A stretch of DNA of 64,000 nucleotides. Origin: Prorocentrum cordatum (Eukaryota). Every line of letters starts with the position of its first letter. The stretch's first letter is position 1. The DNA lies in NCBI GenBank assembly GCA_963575745.1, contig CAUYUJ010000037.1, positions 310,001 to 374,000 on the forward strand, read 5' to 3'. The translations under genes were made by a program, and so were the position numbers. Below are positions 28,620 through 39,600 of this stretch, piece by piece. The notes beneath the pieces were generated by a model, which was given only the letters and a program-made list of their open reading frames with translations, did not search any database and was not told the DNA's origin.

Positions 28620-30818
28620 ATGTGGTCCGCCGTGGCGGGCAGCCTGCGGCGCGCCGCCGCGGGCGCCGCGCTCGCGGCCCCGGCGGCGCGGCCCGCGCTG
28701 CACCGGTTGGCGGCGGCGCGCGGCCTGCTGGCGCGCGCGGCCGTGGCCTCCCGCGGCGCCCGCGAGGTCGGCGCTGGCCGCGGCGGCCGCTCCGCACGCG
28801 CCGCCCCGCCCTGGCGCAGGCGCCACTGGGCTGCGGCTCGGGGCCGTGCTGGCGGCGGCGGCGGCGGCGACGGCGGCGGCGGCGGCGGCGACGGCGGCGG
28901 CGGCGGCGGCGACGGCGGATGCGTCATCAGGGTGAGGGTCGGGGTCGCGCTGGCGGTGGCAGCGGGCGCGGCGACTGCAGAGGCGTCACCAGGGAGGCGC
29001 TCGGAGCCGTGCTCCTGGCTTTGCGGCGATGTGTGTTTTGTCACTGGGCGTTTTTCCGCCGAGTTCGGTCCCCGGGACCGTCGAAACACGGCTCAAGATA
29101 GAAAGCCCGTCCCTAGGAGTGTGTCAAGACTTCTGGGGGCGCCGCATGGGAAAAAACACGACATCGGATCTCTGGGACCGGCGTTTTCATTAGATGTTGG
29201 CCTTCTGGGGGCCGTTCTCGAGGCCCTGTCTGCGGATCGGGGATGGAAGATCTCCCCAGGCGAAGGGATCGGATCCTCTGAGGCGGATCATATCGTCGGA
29301 TGTCTGAGCTGGCGGCGGCAGCGGCAGCAGCGGCAGCGGCGGCAGCGGCAGCGGCGGCAGCGGCGGCGTCGTCGACGGCGTCACTGGGCCGCGGCTCGGG
29401 GCCGTGCTGGCGGCGGCGGCGACGGCAACGACGGTGGCGGCAACTGCTGCGGTGAAGGCAGCCGCGGCGGCGGCGACGGCGGCGGCGACGGCGGCGGCGA
29501 CGGCGGCGGCGACGGCGGCGGCGGCATCGGCGGCGGCGGCAATGGCGACGGCGGCGACGGCGACGGCATTGGCGGAGGCGTCACTGGGCCAGGGCGGGCC
29601 GCGCTGACGGCGGCGACGGCGGCGACCACGGCGGCGGACACGGCGGCGACGGCGGCGGCGACGGCGGCGGCGGCGGCGACGGCGGAGGCGTCACCGGGCC
29701 GGGGCTCGGGGCCGTGCGGAGCAAGCAGACGAAGAGGCAGTCCTACTACAAGCCCGCCCGCTCTGACCCGTGCGGGCAGCGAGAGAATAGGAAGGCGCGC
29801 ATCGGGGTGAAGGCGCTGCCCTCCGAGTACGTGGAGGCAGTCAAAGCAGAAACAACTGCGTAAACATCGGTTTCCGGATCTCAGCGCGGGTTTCTCGGAT
29901 CGGCGCCGTGCCCCCCTGGCGGCGCCTCCGTCGCCGCCCCTGGCGCGCGGGGGTCAAGCGCCAATCTAAGAAATCCGTGCGGAGCTCCGACGGTTTATGA
30001 TTTTTGTCTCTTGCTTCTAGGCAGGCCGTATGATCTGCCAGCACCGGAAGTTCCTTCCCAAGAACCCTCACGTCACACGGAAGCGGCACTTCAAGACGTA
30101 TCCAGGAGTCAATGTGAAGGTGATGAAGAACACCTCATTGCAGGCAGCATGCAGCGGCCGCATCAAGATGACACACGACGTTAAGCGCGATGTCATGATC
30201 ATGAATGTGTTGGCGGAGCCGAGGGAGGAGTTACTGCGGGAGGAATTGTGGCGGTACCGCACAGAGCATGTGGAGAGCATGGAGGAGAACAGATATGTTT
30301 GCAGCCTGCGCGCGAAAGCCTGGCCAGTCTTCGGCAAGAGTGGCGGCTGGGTCAACCCTCCAGAGGGTCCCAAGCCGATGCGCTGCCGCATCTCTTACGG
30401 CAATGACATTTGGAACAACATGAAAGTGCAGGACCCCATGGAGATCGAGCCCTACGCCTACCCTCTGCCGCGGAGCTCCAGGGCAACGGGCCGAATAGGC
30501 TCAGGGGGGGACACATCGACCCCCAACCGTCCGTGCATCGCCGATAGGGGCCCGATAGACCACGCCGCCCCGGAACGCGCTGTTTCGCGATCGAGGGCCT
30601 ATCGCCAATCAGTCGGCGGTGCATCGCCGATTCCAGCTCGATGTTCGCAACCTGAACCAGTCTACCCTCAATGCTGCCCTATCAGGAGCCTCTTGGAGAG
30701 GCATATCAAGAAGGTTCGCCGACGCCACGCTGGGGTGCCAGACGAGGAAAACGATCCGGAGTTCAGCCTGAAGGACACGCGGTACCACTTGTTCAAGGGC
30801 CAGGCAGCACAGAGGTGA
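28620..30818 (+). CDS. Mitochondrial ribosomal protein bL27m-like (alveolate extended type). Putative Ala/Arg-rich transit-peptide exon from 28620 (its junction unresolved), then exons ~29688-29836, 30021-30472, 30686-30818
   Basis: Spliced frame reads SKQTKRQSYYKPARSDPCGQRENRKARIGVKALPSEYVE|AGRMICQHRKF...KTYPGVNVKVMKNTSLQAACSGRIKMTHD...YPLPR|SLLERHIKK. This matches the L27 pattern (GVK...V.AG.II.RQR...YPG.NV...L.A...G.VK). Introns are GC-AG 29837-30020 and GA-AG 30473-30685. N-terminus MWSAVAGSLRRAAAGAA looks like a presequence. Confidence 0.78.
29841..30019. mobile_element. Family-A MITE forming GC-AG intron 29837-30020 of the bL27-like gene
   Basis: Palindromic arms as in other copies; TSD GGCAG at 29836-29840 and 30020-30024. 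Confidence 0.85.
30477..30684. mobile_element. Family-B TIR element forming GA-AG intron 30473-30685 of the bL27-like gene
   Basis: TSD GGAGC; terminal AGGGCA/TGCCCT; internal similarity to 45704-45926. Confidence 0.75.
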
Positions 30819-30826
30819 TCGACAAT

Positions 30827-30984
30827 TCGAACAACAAAACTGCATAAACAATTTTTCGGAGCGCCGCGCGGATTTCTTGGCTCTGCGATGGGCCCCCCTG
30901 CGCGCCAGGAGGGGTGTCCAGTGCCGATCCAAGAAATCCGCGCGGAGCTCTGAAATCTTTGTTTATGCCGTTTTCGTTCCTCTA
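30827..30984. mobile_element. Family-A MITE just downstream of the bL27-like stop codon
   Basis: Palindromic arms; TSD ACAAT/ACACT. Confidence 0.8.
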
Positions 30985-31659
30985 ACACTGGGGCCCACGG
31001 ACATGATTCAGACGAACTGATGTGGAGCCTGGCAGTGCCTCGTACTGACCACGTTCACCTTTTCATCGGATGCAGATTCGGGCTACGTAGTTTCACACGC
31101 GAGACTCTGCGAAAGGCGCATATGCGCGAGCGGTCTGAATTCTTCCTGCGTCGTTGCTCTCTTACCGCCCGTTTTCGCTTCGCGCGCCTTTGCTACGCAC
31201 ACCGCTGCTCGTTCTCCCCTTGTCTGCTGCTGCCGGCCTGGCACATCCCGCAGCCGGCGTTCGCTAGGTTCGCACCGCGTTGCCGCGGCGGCGGCGGAAA
31301 TGCCGACGTCGAACGATCTGCGCTGTCGGACAGCCGCGGTCGTTCAAGGTCGTTCAAGGTTGAACGATCCTCGCCGGGTGCGAGGCAGCCACTCGCACGA
31401 TTGTCCCCGCCCACCGTCGGTGCTCTTGCAAAAGCTGGTGCATGCAGCTGGTTTCGGTAAACAGCTGCATGCAGCTGGTTCGCCACCATCCCCCCGCTCT
31501 GCTACCCCGCACTTTGTCCGTTCCGAGACCCAGACGCACGATGTCATGTTTTTCCTACAATCCTGTGGTATTGCGTCCACCTTTTGAAGAGACAGCACCC
31601 CGCGCTTCTCCTTCTCACGTCCTTCTCCCTCCTCCCATCCCCCTGCCCCATTTCGGCAT

Positions 31660-32400
31660 ACCCCTCACTTGGCCCCACAGGGAACTCCACCGAAGGCACT
31701 AGCGGCAGGGCCCGCGTGGCGGCCCCGCATCAGATTCACGCACCCCTCACACGTTTCGTGGCCCCGTAAGGAGCTCCACCGAAAGTCCCAGCGGCAGGGT
31801 CCGCATGGCGGCCCCGCACAAATTTCGGCACACCCCTCAACACGTTTTGTGGCCCTGTAGGGAGCTCCACCGAAGGCCCCAGCAGCATTGTCCGCATTGC
31901 GGCCCCGCCCTATGTCAGCACACCCGTCACACGTTTCGCGGCCCCGTAACGAATTCCACGGAAGGCTTCAGTGGCAAGGTCCGGATGGCGACCCCGCACC
32001 CGATTCGGCACACCCCTCACACGTTCTGTGGCCCCACAGGGAGCTCTACCGACGGCCCCAGCGGCAGGGTCCGCGTGGCGGCCGCACAATTTCGGCACAC
32101 CCCTCAAAAGTTGTTTGGCTCCACAGGGAGCTTCACCGAAGGCGATAGCGGCAGGGTCCGCATGGCGGCCCCGCATCCATGTCGGCACACCCCTCACACG
32201 CGCTTCGTGGCGCCATAGGGGGCTCCACCAGAGGCCCCAGCCGCAGAGTCCGCATGGCGGCCCCGCACCAGATGTCAGCACACCCCTCACACGCGTCGTG
32301 GCCCCATAAGGAGCTCCATCGCAGGCCGCAGCGGCACGGTCCGCATGGCGGCCCCGCACCCGATGTCGGTAGACCCCTCACACGTTTCGTTTCCCCATGG
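31660..32400 (+). repeat. ~90-bp tandem repeat (GGCCCCACAGGGAGCTCCACCGAAGGCCCCAGCGGCAGGGTCCGCATGGCGGCCCCGC...); further copies at 38450-38570 and 39770-39940
   Basis: About 8 units visible. Confidence 0.8.
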
Positions 32401-33971
32401 GGACCCGCGCCTCCTTCGTCCCACCTGCCTTGCGGCGCTCGCACCCACATATGGTCGGGTCCTTCGCCCGGACTGACTTTTCATCCTGAGTCGTTTGTGG
32501 ACGGTCCCAGGGCCCGGCGAGGGCCCCTAGAGGCCGAAAACAGAACAACAGCAACAACACTAATCATTGTAGTAATTTCCGCTCCTATTTGTCCGCGTGC
32601 CATTCATCACATCTATCCTAAACACTCGGTTCCCGCCCTTTTTGTCTTCGATCATACCCTCCTTGGGGGCATATCTTCCTTACCTACCACGTGCATGTGG
32701 TGCAGCCCCGAAAACAGCGGAAGAAGGGGCGCATGGAAGAGGGAGGGAGAAGGCTGGAGCACGAGAGAAATTTGCAGGAGTGGGGCTAGGAGCAGAAAGC
32801 ACGTGGCAGAGCCAGACGGGCAGACCGGGCGGGCAGACCCTAGCGGGGGCGGGTCGGGAAGGCGGGCCCCGGCGGCCAGGTCGAGCAGGCGGGCTGCTGA
32901 AGCGTGCCCTTGAGTTCCAGACCCTTTCCCCATGTGTGTTTCATCCAGAGCCTTTGTATAACGGTCCTGGAGCCTAGCGAGGGCCTACAGGAGCCGAAAG
33001 CGGAGAGGAACTTCCGTATTGCTGCTTCAGTACGTGAGAGGTCTGGTGAGGTGCCATCCACCAGAGTGCAAACGGGAGAGTTTGGGAGCTTCAGGAGGCT
33101 TCGTGGAAGGGCGGGATCTTAAAAGATCTGCCACGGACTCTGTGCTTGGCCCCCAGGTGCCTCCTCGTGCCTACGGTGTGCCTGCCGCTTGTCTGAAGGG
33201 GGGGCTCCGAAGGGGGGGGCTCCAGGTCGGACGGGGCTAGGACGAGGATACATCTGTTCCAGAGCGTAGCGTTCCATGCAGGACGCTCTGAGAAGGCCGC
33301 GACGCCCGAGACATCCTCCAGAGCCTGCGAATCTCAGAGTTTATTGATTTTTCCTCACCCGAATTCGTCTTCGTCGTGTCTTCGTCTTACCAGGTGCCTG
33401 CTCCTCCGCGGCCTTCTTCACGCGGCTTTCCCCTAGCAGTGTTCACACTCGGGGCTTATGACTTCTCTTCTTCGGATTCTGGGCCGGGCTGTCGGCTTCC
33501 AGCCGGCCTGAGGCCGCCCGTCGCCGCCCGTCGCCGCCGTCCTTGGTCCCGATTTGAATTGTGCGAGGCTCGCACTGTGCATTGCTTTGCATTGCGCTGA
33601 GCACTGCGTTGCGTTGTTTTGCATTGCTCTACTTGGCTCTGCACTGTGCTGCATTGCTTTGCGCCGCACAGATTGCACCACAGGGATTGCGCCACCCAGG
33701 TCCCACCGCATACTGTCTAGGACATGACCGTTTGGGGTCCATGCTGGCTGACACCTTGGGTGTACATGTAGATATACGCACATACAGATTCAAACATGCA
33801 TCTGTTTTCACATATGCACATGTACTTGCTGATGTACGCATGCATATATAAATGAGTGTATAAATGTATCTATATGTGCATCTAGATGGGGGTGTGACGT
33901 GCGTGGGCCCATGTAACGGAGACTGTATGGCCGTCGTGCTTGTGGCATACGAGCGCACACGGCAAACAAAC

Positions 33972-33987
33972 GCCATTCTGGTTCAAG
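33972..33987 (+). other. Relict spliced leader upstream of the channel gene (possible older second relic at 33999-34015)
   Basis: GCCATTCTGGTTCAAG (14/16 to GCCATTTTGGCTCAAG) ends 66 nt before ATG 34054. The weaker AGCCACGGTTGGCCAAG follows. Confidence 0.75.
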
Positions 33988-34053
33988 GGTCGTGGCGGAG
34001 CCACGGTTGGCCAAGGCCGCGCCGTGGCCGGGCCGTGGCCAGCCGCCGCGCCC

Positions 34054-36533
34054 ATGGTCACCGCGGTCAGCACCGTGGGCTTCGTGCCCACGGGCAACAA
34101 GCAGAAGGCGAAGCCGAACACCGTCAACAGCCTGCTCAATGAGAGGTCGTTCAAGGGTGGCTTCAGGTCTCGCTCGCATGGCGCACCGGGGCAGGTGGCA
34201 GGCCCGGGCGGCGCTGCAGCTGGGATGGAGCAGTTGGTAGCTTCGAACATCCTGGACGGGTTGGCGTTCAATTGTTGGGTCACGTTCACGGTGACTGTCA
34301 ACATCATCGTCATCAGCCTGGAGCAGGACCTCTGTCCGAGCGGCAGCAGCCCCGTCGACTGCACGAGCTGGTTCCTGCTCGAGCTTCTCTTCGGGATGCT
34401 CTTCCTAGGGGAGCTGGCGATTCGCATCTTCTTCACCCAGCCCAAGAGGAAATTTTTCAACGATTTGTGGAATGTCATGGACATGATCCTCATCATCGCC
34501 GCTTTCCTCGACACCCTGGTCTTCGCCCCGATCGGCATCGGCGGCTTTATACGCTACTTCACCGTGTTGCGCGCTCTCCGCGCGATCAAGCTGGTGCGCC
34601 TGGTGCAGATGTTCCCCCTCTTCCGCGAGCTTTGGCTGCTCGTTGGCGGCCTCTCCAACTCGCTGAAGGCGCTGGGCTGGGTCGGGCTCATCGTGGTAAT
34701 GGTCCTGTACGTCTGCGGCATCGTGGTCACGATGGAGATCGGGAAGAACGACGACGTGTATGCCATCGGTCCGTCGTACGACGGGCAGGTGTCGGGGGCC
34801 GATTCATGGCCACCGCCCCCGCGCGCGTACCTTGTGCGCGACCAGCTTGTTTGTGGGGACGGTGTGCATAAGTCACGTCCCCAGGGGATGCCCCACTTTT
34901 GTACACAACCCCCGCTCCGCGGCCTTGTGCCGGACCAGCTTGTGCCGGAGGGGGGAGGTGGGAGGGCGGGAAGAAGGATGACGAGGACAGCACAAAACCC
35001 GTTTCCCCAAGGTGTGGCCGTACAAGAAGTATTTCGGGACAGTTTGGCGCTCCATGTTCACGCTCTTCCAGGTGCTCACGCTGGACAGCTGGTGCGACGG
35101 CATCGTCCGGCACGTGGTCTACCGGCAACCGTACATGGGCGTCTTCTTCGTGGTATTTCTGCTGCTGACCGCCTTCGGCCTCATCTCGAGGGAGAGAACA
35201 CGGCATAACCATCAACTCTCGGAGCTCCGCGCAGATGTTTTGGATCGGCGCTGGGCGCCCCTTGGCGGCGCCTCCGGCGCCGCCCCTGTCGCGCTCCGCG
35301 CGCCAGGGAGGAGGGCCCAGCGCTGGTCTGAGAAGTCCGCGCGGAGGTCCGAGAGCCATGCAGGTTGACGCCGTTGTGCCTCCCTCGACCCTCAACGTGA
35401 TCATCGGGATCATCGTGGAGAACACCCTGGCCGCGGCGCAGGTCACAGACCGCCGCGTGGAGGAGCGGGAGGCGCAGCTCCGCAGGGCCGCGGTGGAGCA
35501 CCTGTCCGTGATCCTGGAGAAGTCGGACGTGGCCCGCCTCGGGGAGATCTCGCTGGAGGAGCTGAAGGCGGCGAACAACAGCAACATAGTCAAGGATCGA
35601 GGGAGAACAATCGGGGAACAACCACTGACATGAACGTACAAACTCAGAGGTCCGCACGGATTTCTCGGATCGGCGCTGGACCACCCTCCCTGGCGCGCGG
35701 AGCGCGCCAGGGGCGGCGCCGAAGGCGCCGCCAGGGGGACCCCAGCGCGGACCTCCGAGTTGTTATGTTTATGTCATTGCTTGTTCCCCTAATTAACCCA
35801 CCGCCTCCCCACCGACCCAGCAGGTTGCGAGGGGCGGTGGACGTCCTCTTCCCAGACCCCCTCGCGTCAGAATGAACATCACAACGGAGGCTGTTTGGCC
35901 GTCTTCGTCATCCAGGGGGGGAGGTCTGAATTACTGGGCCCTGGGCCGTCAAGAAACGACCCTGCATGAAAACCCGTCCCTGGGAAGGGGTAGCGTCGAA
36001 GACTAAAACGCTGCAAAAACATAGTTTCTCGGAGCTCCGCGCGGATTTCTTAGATTTGCGCTGGACCCCCCCCCCCGCGGCGCCTCCAGCGCCGCCCCTG
36101 GCGAGCTCCGCTCGCCAGAGGGGGTCCAGCGCCGATCCAGGAAATCCGCGCGGAGCTCCCAGAGTTAATGCGTATGCGATTTTTTAATGTAAAGGAGAAG
36201 TTCGACAGGATCGGCATGAGCTTCGATGAAATCGAAGAGATCTTCAAGCTGCTGGACTACGAGCGGCGGGGTCGCGTGGAGCTGAAGCGGCTGGCCGCAT
36301 CCTGCTTGGAGCTCGTGGGCGGGGCCAAGCGGAGAGACATCGCCCAGGTGGAGGTCACCATTGGGTCGCTCGCGCAGCACCTCGACTCGCTGGATTCGAA
36401 ATTCTCAAGAATCGAGTCCGAGGTGCAGGGCCTCACGAGCATGGCGGAGGAGTTCGTGCAGACGACCGTGCGCCTGCTCACTGGCTTCGACGGAAACGAG
36501 AAGCCAGCGGTGGCGGGCGCGTCGGGGCGCTGA
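34054..36533 (+). CDS. Single-domain (6TM) voltage-gated cation channel, Ion_trans family (BacNav/EukCat-like), with degenerate C-terminal EF-hand-like motifs and a coiled-coil tail. Exons 34054-34788, 35012-35181, 35390-35594, 36195-36533 (~482 aa)
   Basis: Translation shows S1-S3 (ELAIRI, FFNDLWNVMD), S4 with periodic basic residues (RYFTVLRALRAIKLVRLV), S4-S5 linker FRELWLLVGGL, pore FGTVWRSMFTLFQVLTLDSW and S6 AFGLLNVIIGIIVENT after joining. EF-like segments are DVARLGEISLEEL and FKLLDYERRGRVEL. Intron 1 is GT-AG, intron 3 is GA-AG, intron 2 is non-canonical. Confidence 0.9.
35186..35388. mobile_element. Family-A MITE forming non-canonical intron 2 of the channel gene
   Basis: Perfect 9-bp TIR TCGAGGGAG/CTCCCTCGA; degenerate TSD TCATC/CCCTC. 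Confidence 0.85.
35597..36191. mobile_element. Composite of two family-A MITEs (~35597-35792, ~35996-36191) forming GA-AG intron 3 of the channel gene
   Basis: Two palindromic copies separated by ~200 nt; single TSD AAGGA at 35592-35596 and 36192-36196. Confidence 0.8.
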
Positions 36534-37890
36534 GGACAAGGCTACTTCGCGACAGGCTCCGATCAGCGCTCCGGTTTCTGTGCCCACTGCCTTCATAATT
36601 ATGTGTTTCACGCTGGCTGCCTTATCTTAGCTTTGCGCTGCGCGCACCCTCACCAGGGGAGCGGGGACGGGTGGAGAAGGGGAGGAGAGAGATCCGAGGT
36701 GTCGGTGGTCTTTTTCACACGCGGGGCCCCAGGCAGTCCGTCCCTCTCCGCAGGGACGGCGTGTTTCCGTGCTGCGCCAGTGTTTGGACGGTCCCAGGGC
36801 CCGGCGAGAGATCCCCTAGATGCCGACAACGAAGCGGGAGACCCTCGTTTTTCTGTCAAGGCCTTGGAGGGCTGGGGAGGAGAGGGGACGGGTGCGGCGC
36901 CGCAGGGTGGCATTTGCTGAATTCTTCTGGTCCGGAGTTGTCCTTGTCATGGCACGGGGGGAAGGCGGAGCCCTGCGCGCTGGTTGCAGGGCCTTAAGCA
37001 CATGCAGGTGATGGAGGATCTCTGGGCGCCAATGAGGATGTTGCAACTCAGGATCTTGCAAGATCCGTCTGGAGTAAGCGGATGATTGACAGCTCTTCGA
37101 CCCACCGATGCAGTTTTCTCGGGCGCGCCAATGGCCTGGTTTGGCTAAAGTCCTCGTTTACGGCGCCCTGAGGTGCGAGGACCGATGATCGATATTTTCG
37201 GACGAACTTGGCCCTTTTCGGGCCTCCAGGGGAGGTCTTGTCGCCATAGCTGGATCCCCTCGAAATTCTAGTGAAAGCGCACACCAGGACAGGTCTGGAG
37301 ATCTACGTTCGACCCCGTGGCTGAGGGGAGGAGGAAGGAGGCGCCCCCTCTTCCCATCCTGAGGAGGGAGGAGGACACGCCTCCTTCCCTCTCATCCTCA
37401 TCCCTCCTCCTGGGGAGGGAGGGGGGCCCTCCGCATCCTCATCCCTTGTCTCCCCCCTCGACGAGCACTCCTGCGCCCTCCCCCGTCTGCATCCTCGACC
37501 GCAGGCGCCGCCCTCGCCCCGAAGCCAGCCTGAACGGACTCTGCGACCGGGCCGCACTTCCTTAACTTAGCCCCCAGCTGCGCGCCCGTGCGTCGGGCCT
37601 CCCCGGAGACGCGCGCACGCGCCACTTGCCACCTGTTCTCGAGGGGCGACAAAAAAGGCATGCTCCCATTCTGTCGGAGGTCTCTCGTGCGCGCCCGCGC
37701 GTCGGGCCTCCCCGGAGGCGCGCGCACGCGCCACCTCGCCGCCTGTGCTCGAGGGGTGGCAGAAAAGGCGTGCTCCTCTCCTGTCGGAGGCCCGAGCGGA
37801 TGCCCGGGGTCGGCGCCAGAGCCGCGTTACTGCCCCTCCCCTCCGGCGGAGCCTCCGGATGGGCGGTTCGATGCCGACCCAAGCATCGCA

Positions 37891-38086
37891 GGCCTAGAGA
37901 TTGACACCAACACCAAGATCGGCGGTGTGCCTCCATCCAGGGAAGACGATCCCGATCTCGGTGATGGTGGTAATATTCTGGCTTCCAAGGTGGCCGAAAT
38001 ATTACCACCAACACCGAAATCTAAGATCACCTTCCCCCTGTGGAGGCAAACCCCTTGTGTTGGTGTTGGTGCCCATTTCCAGGCCT
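37891..38086. repeat. ~200-bp fold-back (MITE-like) palindrome
   Basis: CACCAACACCAAG...GGTGATGGTGGTAATATT mirrored by AATATTACCACCAACACCG...CTTGTGTTGGTGTTGGTG. Confidence 0.65.
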
Positions 38087-38574
38087 CCAAAAGCAGTCCT
38101 CGCGGCACTACGTTGCGAGAGTGCAGCCCGCGGAAGTCATCAGGAGCTCCCCCCTTCCAGCAAAAGGGTAACACCTCCCCGCACCGGAAGCATTACTTTC
38201 GCAACTGGAGGATGATGCGGCTCTCGCCCCAGCGCCGCACACATTCGTTCCAAACACTTGCAAGAGCTTCACGGCTGGAGGGCGGGTCGTTTCAAAATGT
38301 GGCTCTCGCCGTAGTGCCGCGCACATTTGTGTGAAACAGGTGTAAGAGTTTCACGTGTTGAGGGAAGGTCAATAGTTTGAGACAGGCCTGGAGGGAGCGA
38401 TAATTTGTTGGGGGGCTGTTTGGCACGGTGCTAAAGCTATCGTTCGACACGCTTCGTGGCCCCATAGGGAGCTCCACAGTCCGCATGGCGGCGCCGTCCC
38501 ATTTTGGCACACCCATCACACGTGTCGTGGCCTCATAGGGAGCTCCACCTCAGGTCCCAGTGGCGCAGTCCGCG

Positions 38575-39600
38575 TTGTGTACATGTCCTCCCCTGATGTT
38601 GTTTGCGCATGCCGCTCTGTTGTTCATTTTCTGCGTGGTGTGCCTGCTTGCCGCGCCAGACGTGGCCGAGCCCCGTGTGCCGCCATTTCGTCTTCATTTT
38701 CTTCCCGCCCTGTGCGCGGCCGTTCCGTGTTCAGTTTTTCTCTGGCTGTTGTTGTTCTTGATACCGCTTCGTGACACATTGTTCCGCATAGCGTGCCTGC
38801 TTGACACGCCGAAGGTGGCCGAGCCCCTCCCGCCGCCGCCATGTTTACGTCAATGTCCTTCCCTCCTTGTGCGCGGCCGTGTTGTGTCCATTTCCCTCCC
38901 TGCTTTGTTTTCTTCCATGCCGCTTTCTGACACATCGGCACGCCGAACATGGCCGAGCCCCGTGCGCCGCTATTTTGACTTCACTTTCTTCCCGCCCAGT
39001 GCGCGGCCGTTCTGTGTCCATTTCCTTCTCTGCTGTTCCCACCCCCATGCCGCTTTATGACACATTGTTTTGCGCAGTGTGCCTGCTTGCTACGCCGAAC
39101 GTGGCCGAGCCCCGTGCGCCGCCATTTCGTGTCAATTTTCTTCCCGCCCTGAGCGCGGCCGTGTTGTGCCAATTTCCTTCCCTGTTGTGTTTCCCCAATG
39201 CAGCTGGCACGAGGGTCAAGAATAACTTCGGCGTCGCAGGGGTACCCTCATGTTCTCCGCCTGGTGGCCCCCAGCCCTATGATGTTCCCTGTTTTGGGCG
39301 TGTCCGTGGGGCCCTTGGCCTTCGACGAAGGGGCTCGCGTTCTTGATCCACGTTCTGGTGTTGTTACATGTTATTTTGCGCAGCGTGCTATCTTTCCGCG
39401 CCGAATGTGGCCGAGCCCCGTGCGCCGCCATTCTGTCTCTATTTTCTTCCCGCCTTGTGCGCGGCCGTTCCGTGTCCATTTCCTTCCTTGCTGCTTTCTT
39501 TCCCCACGCAGCCGTTTTACACACTGTTTTGCGTAGCGTGCTTGCTTGCCACGCCGAATGTGGCCAAGCCCCGCGCGCCGCCATGTCATGTCCAGTTCTT
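38575..39600 (+). repeat. Degenerate ~130-160-bp tandem repeat (GTGGCCGAGCCCCGTGCGCCGCCATT core)
   Basis: Core at 38662, 38815, 38950, 39101, 39407 and 39560. Confidence 0.7.

Noticed and set aside
31660..32400. Second CRISPR-like repeat array
   Set aside because: The whole ~90-bp unit is repeated; it is a satellite.
35183..35389. U12-type AT-AC reading of channel intron 2
   Set aside because: Removal gives a frameshift, and there is no ATATCC 5' consensus.
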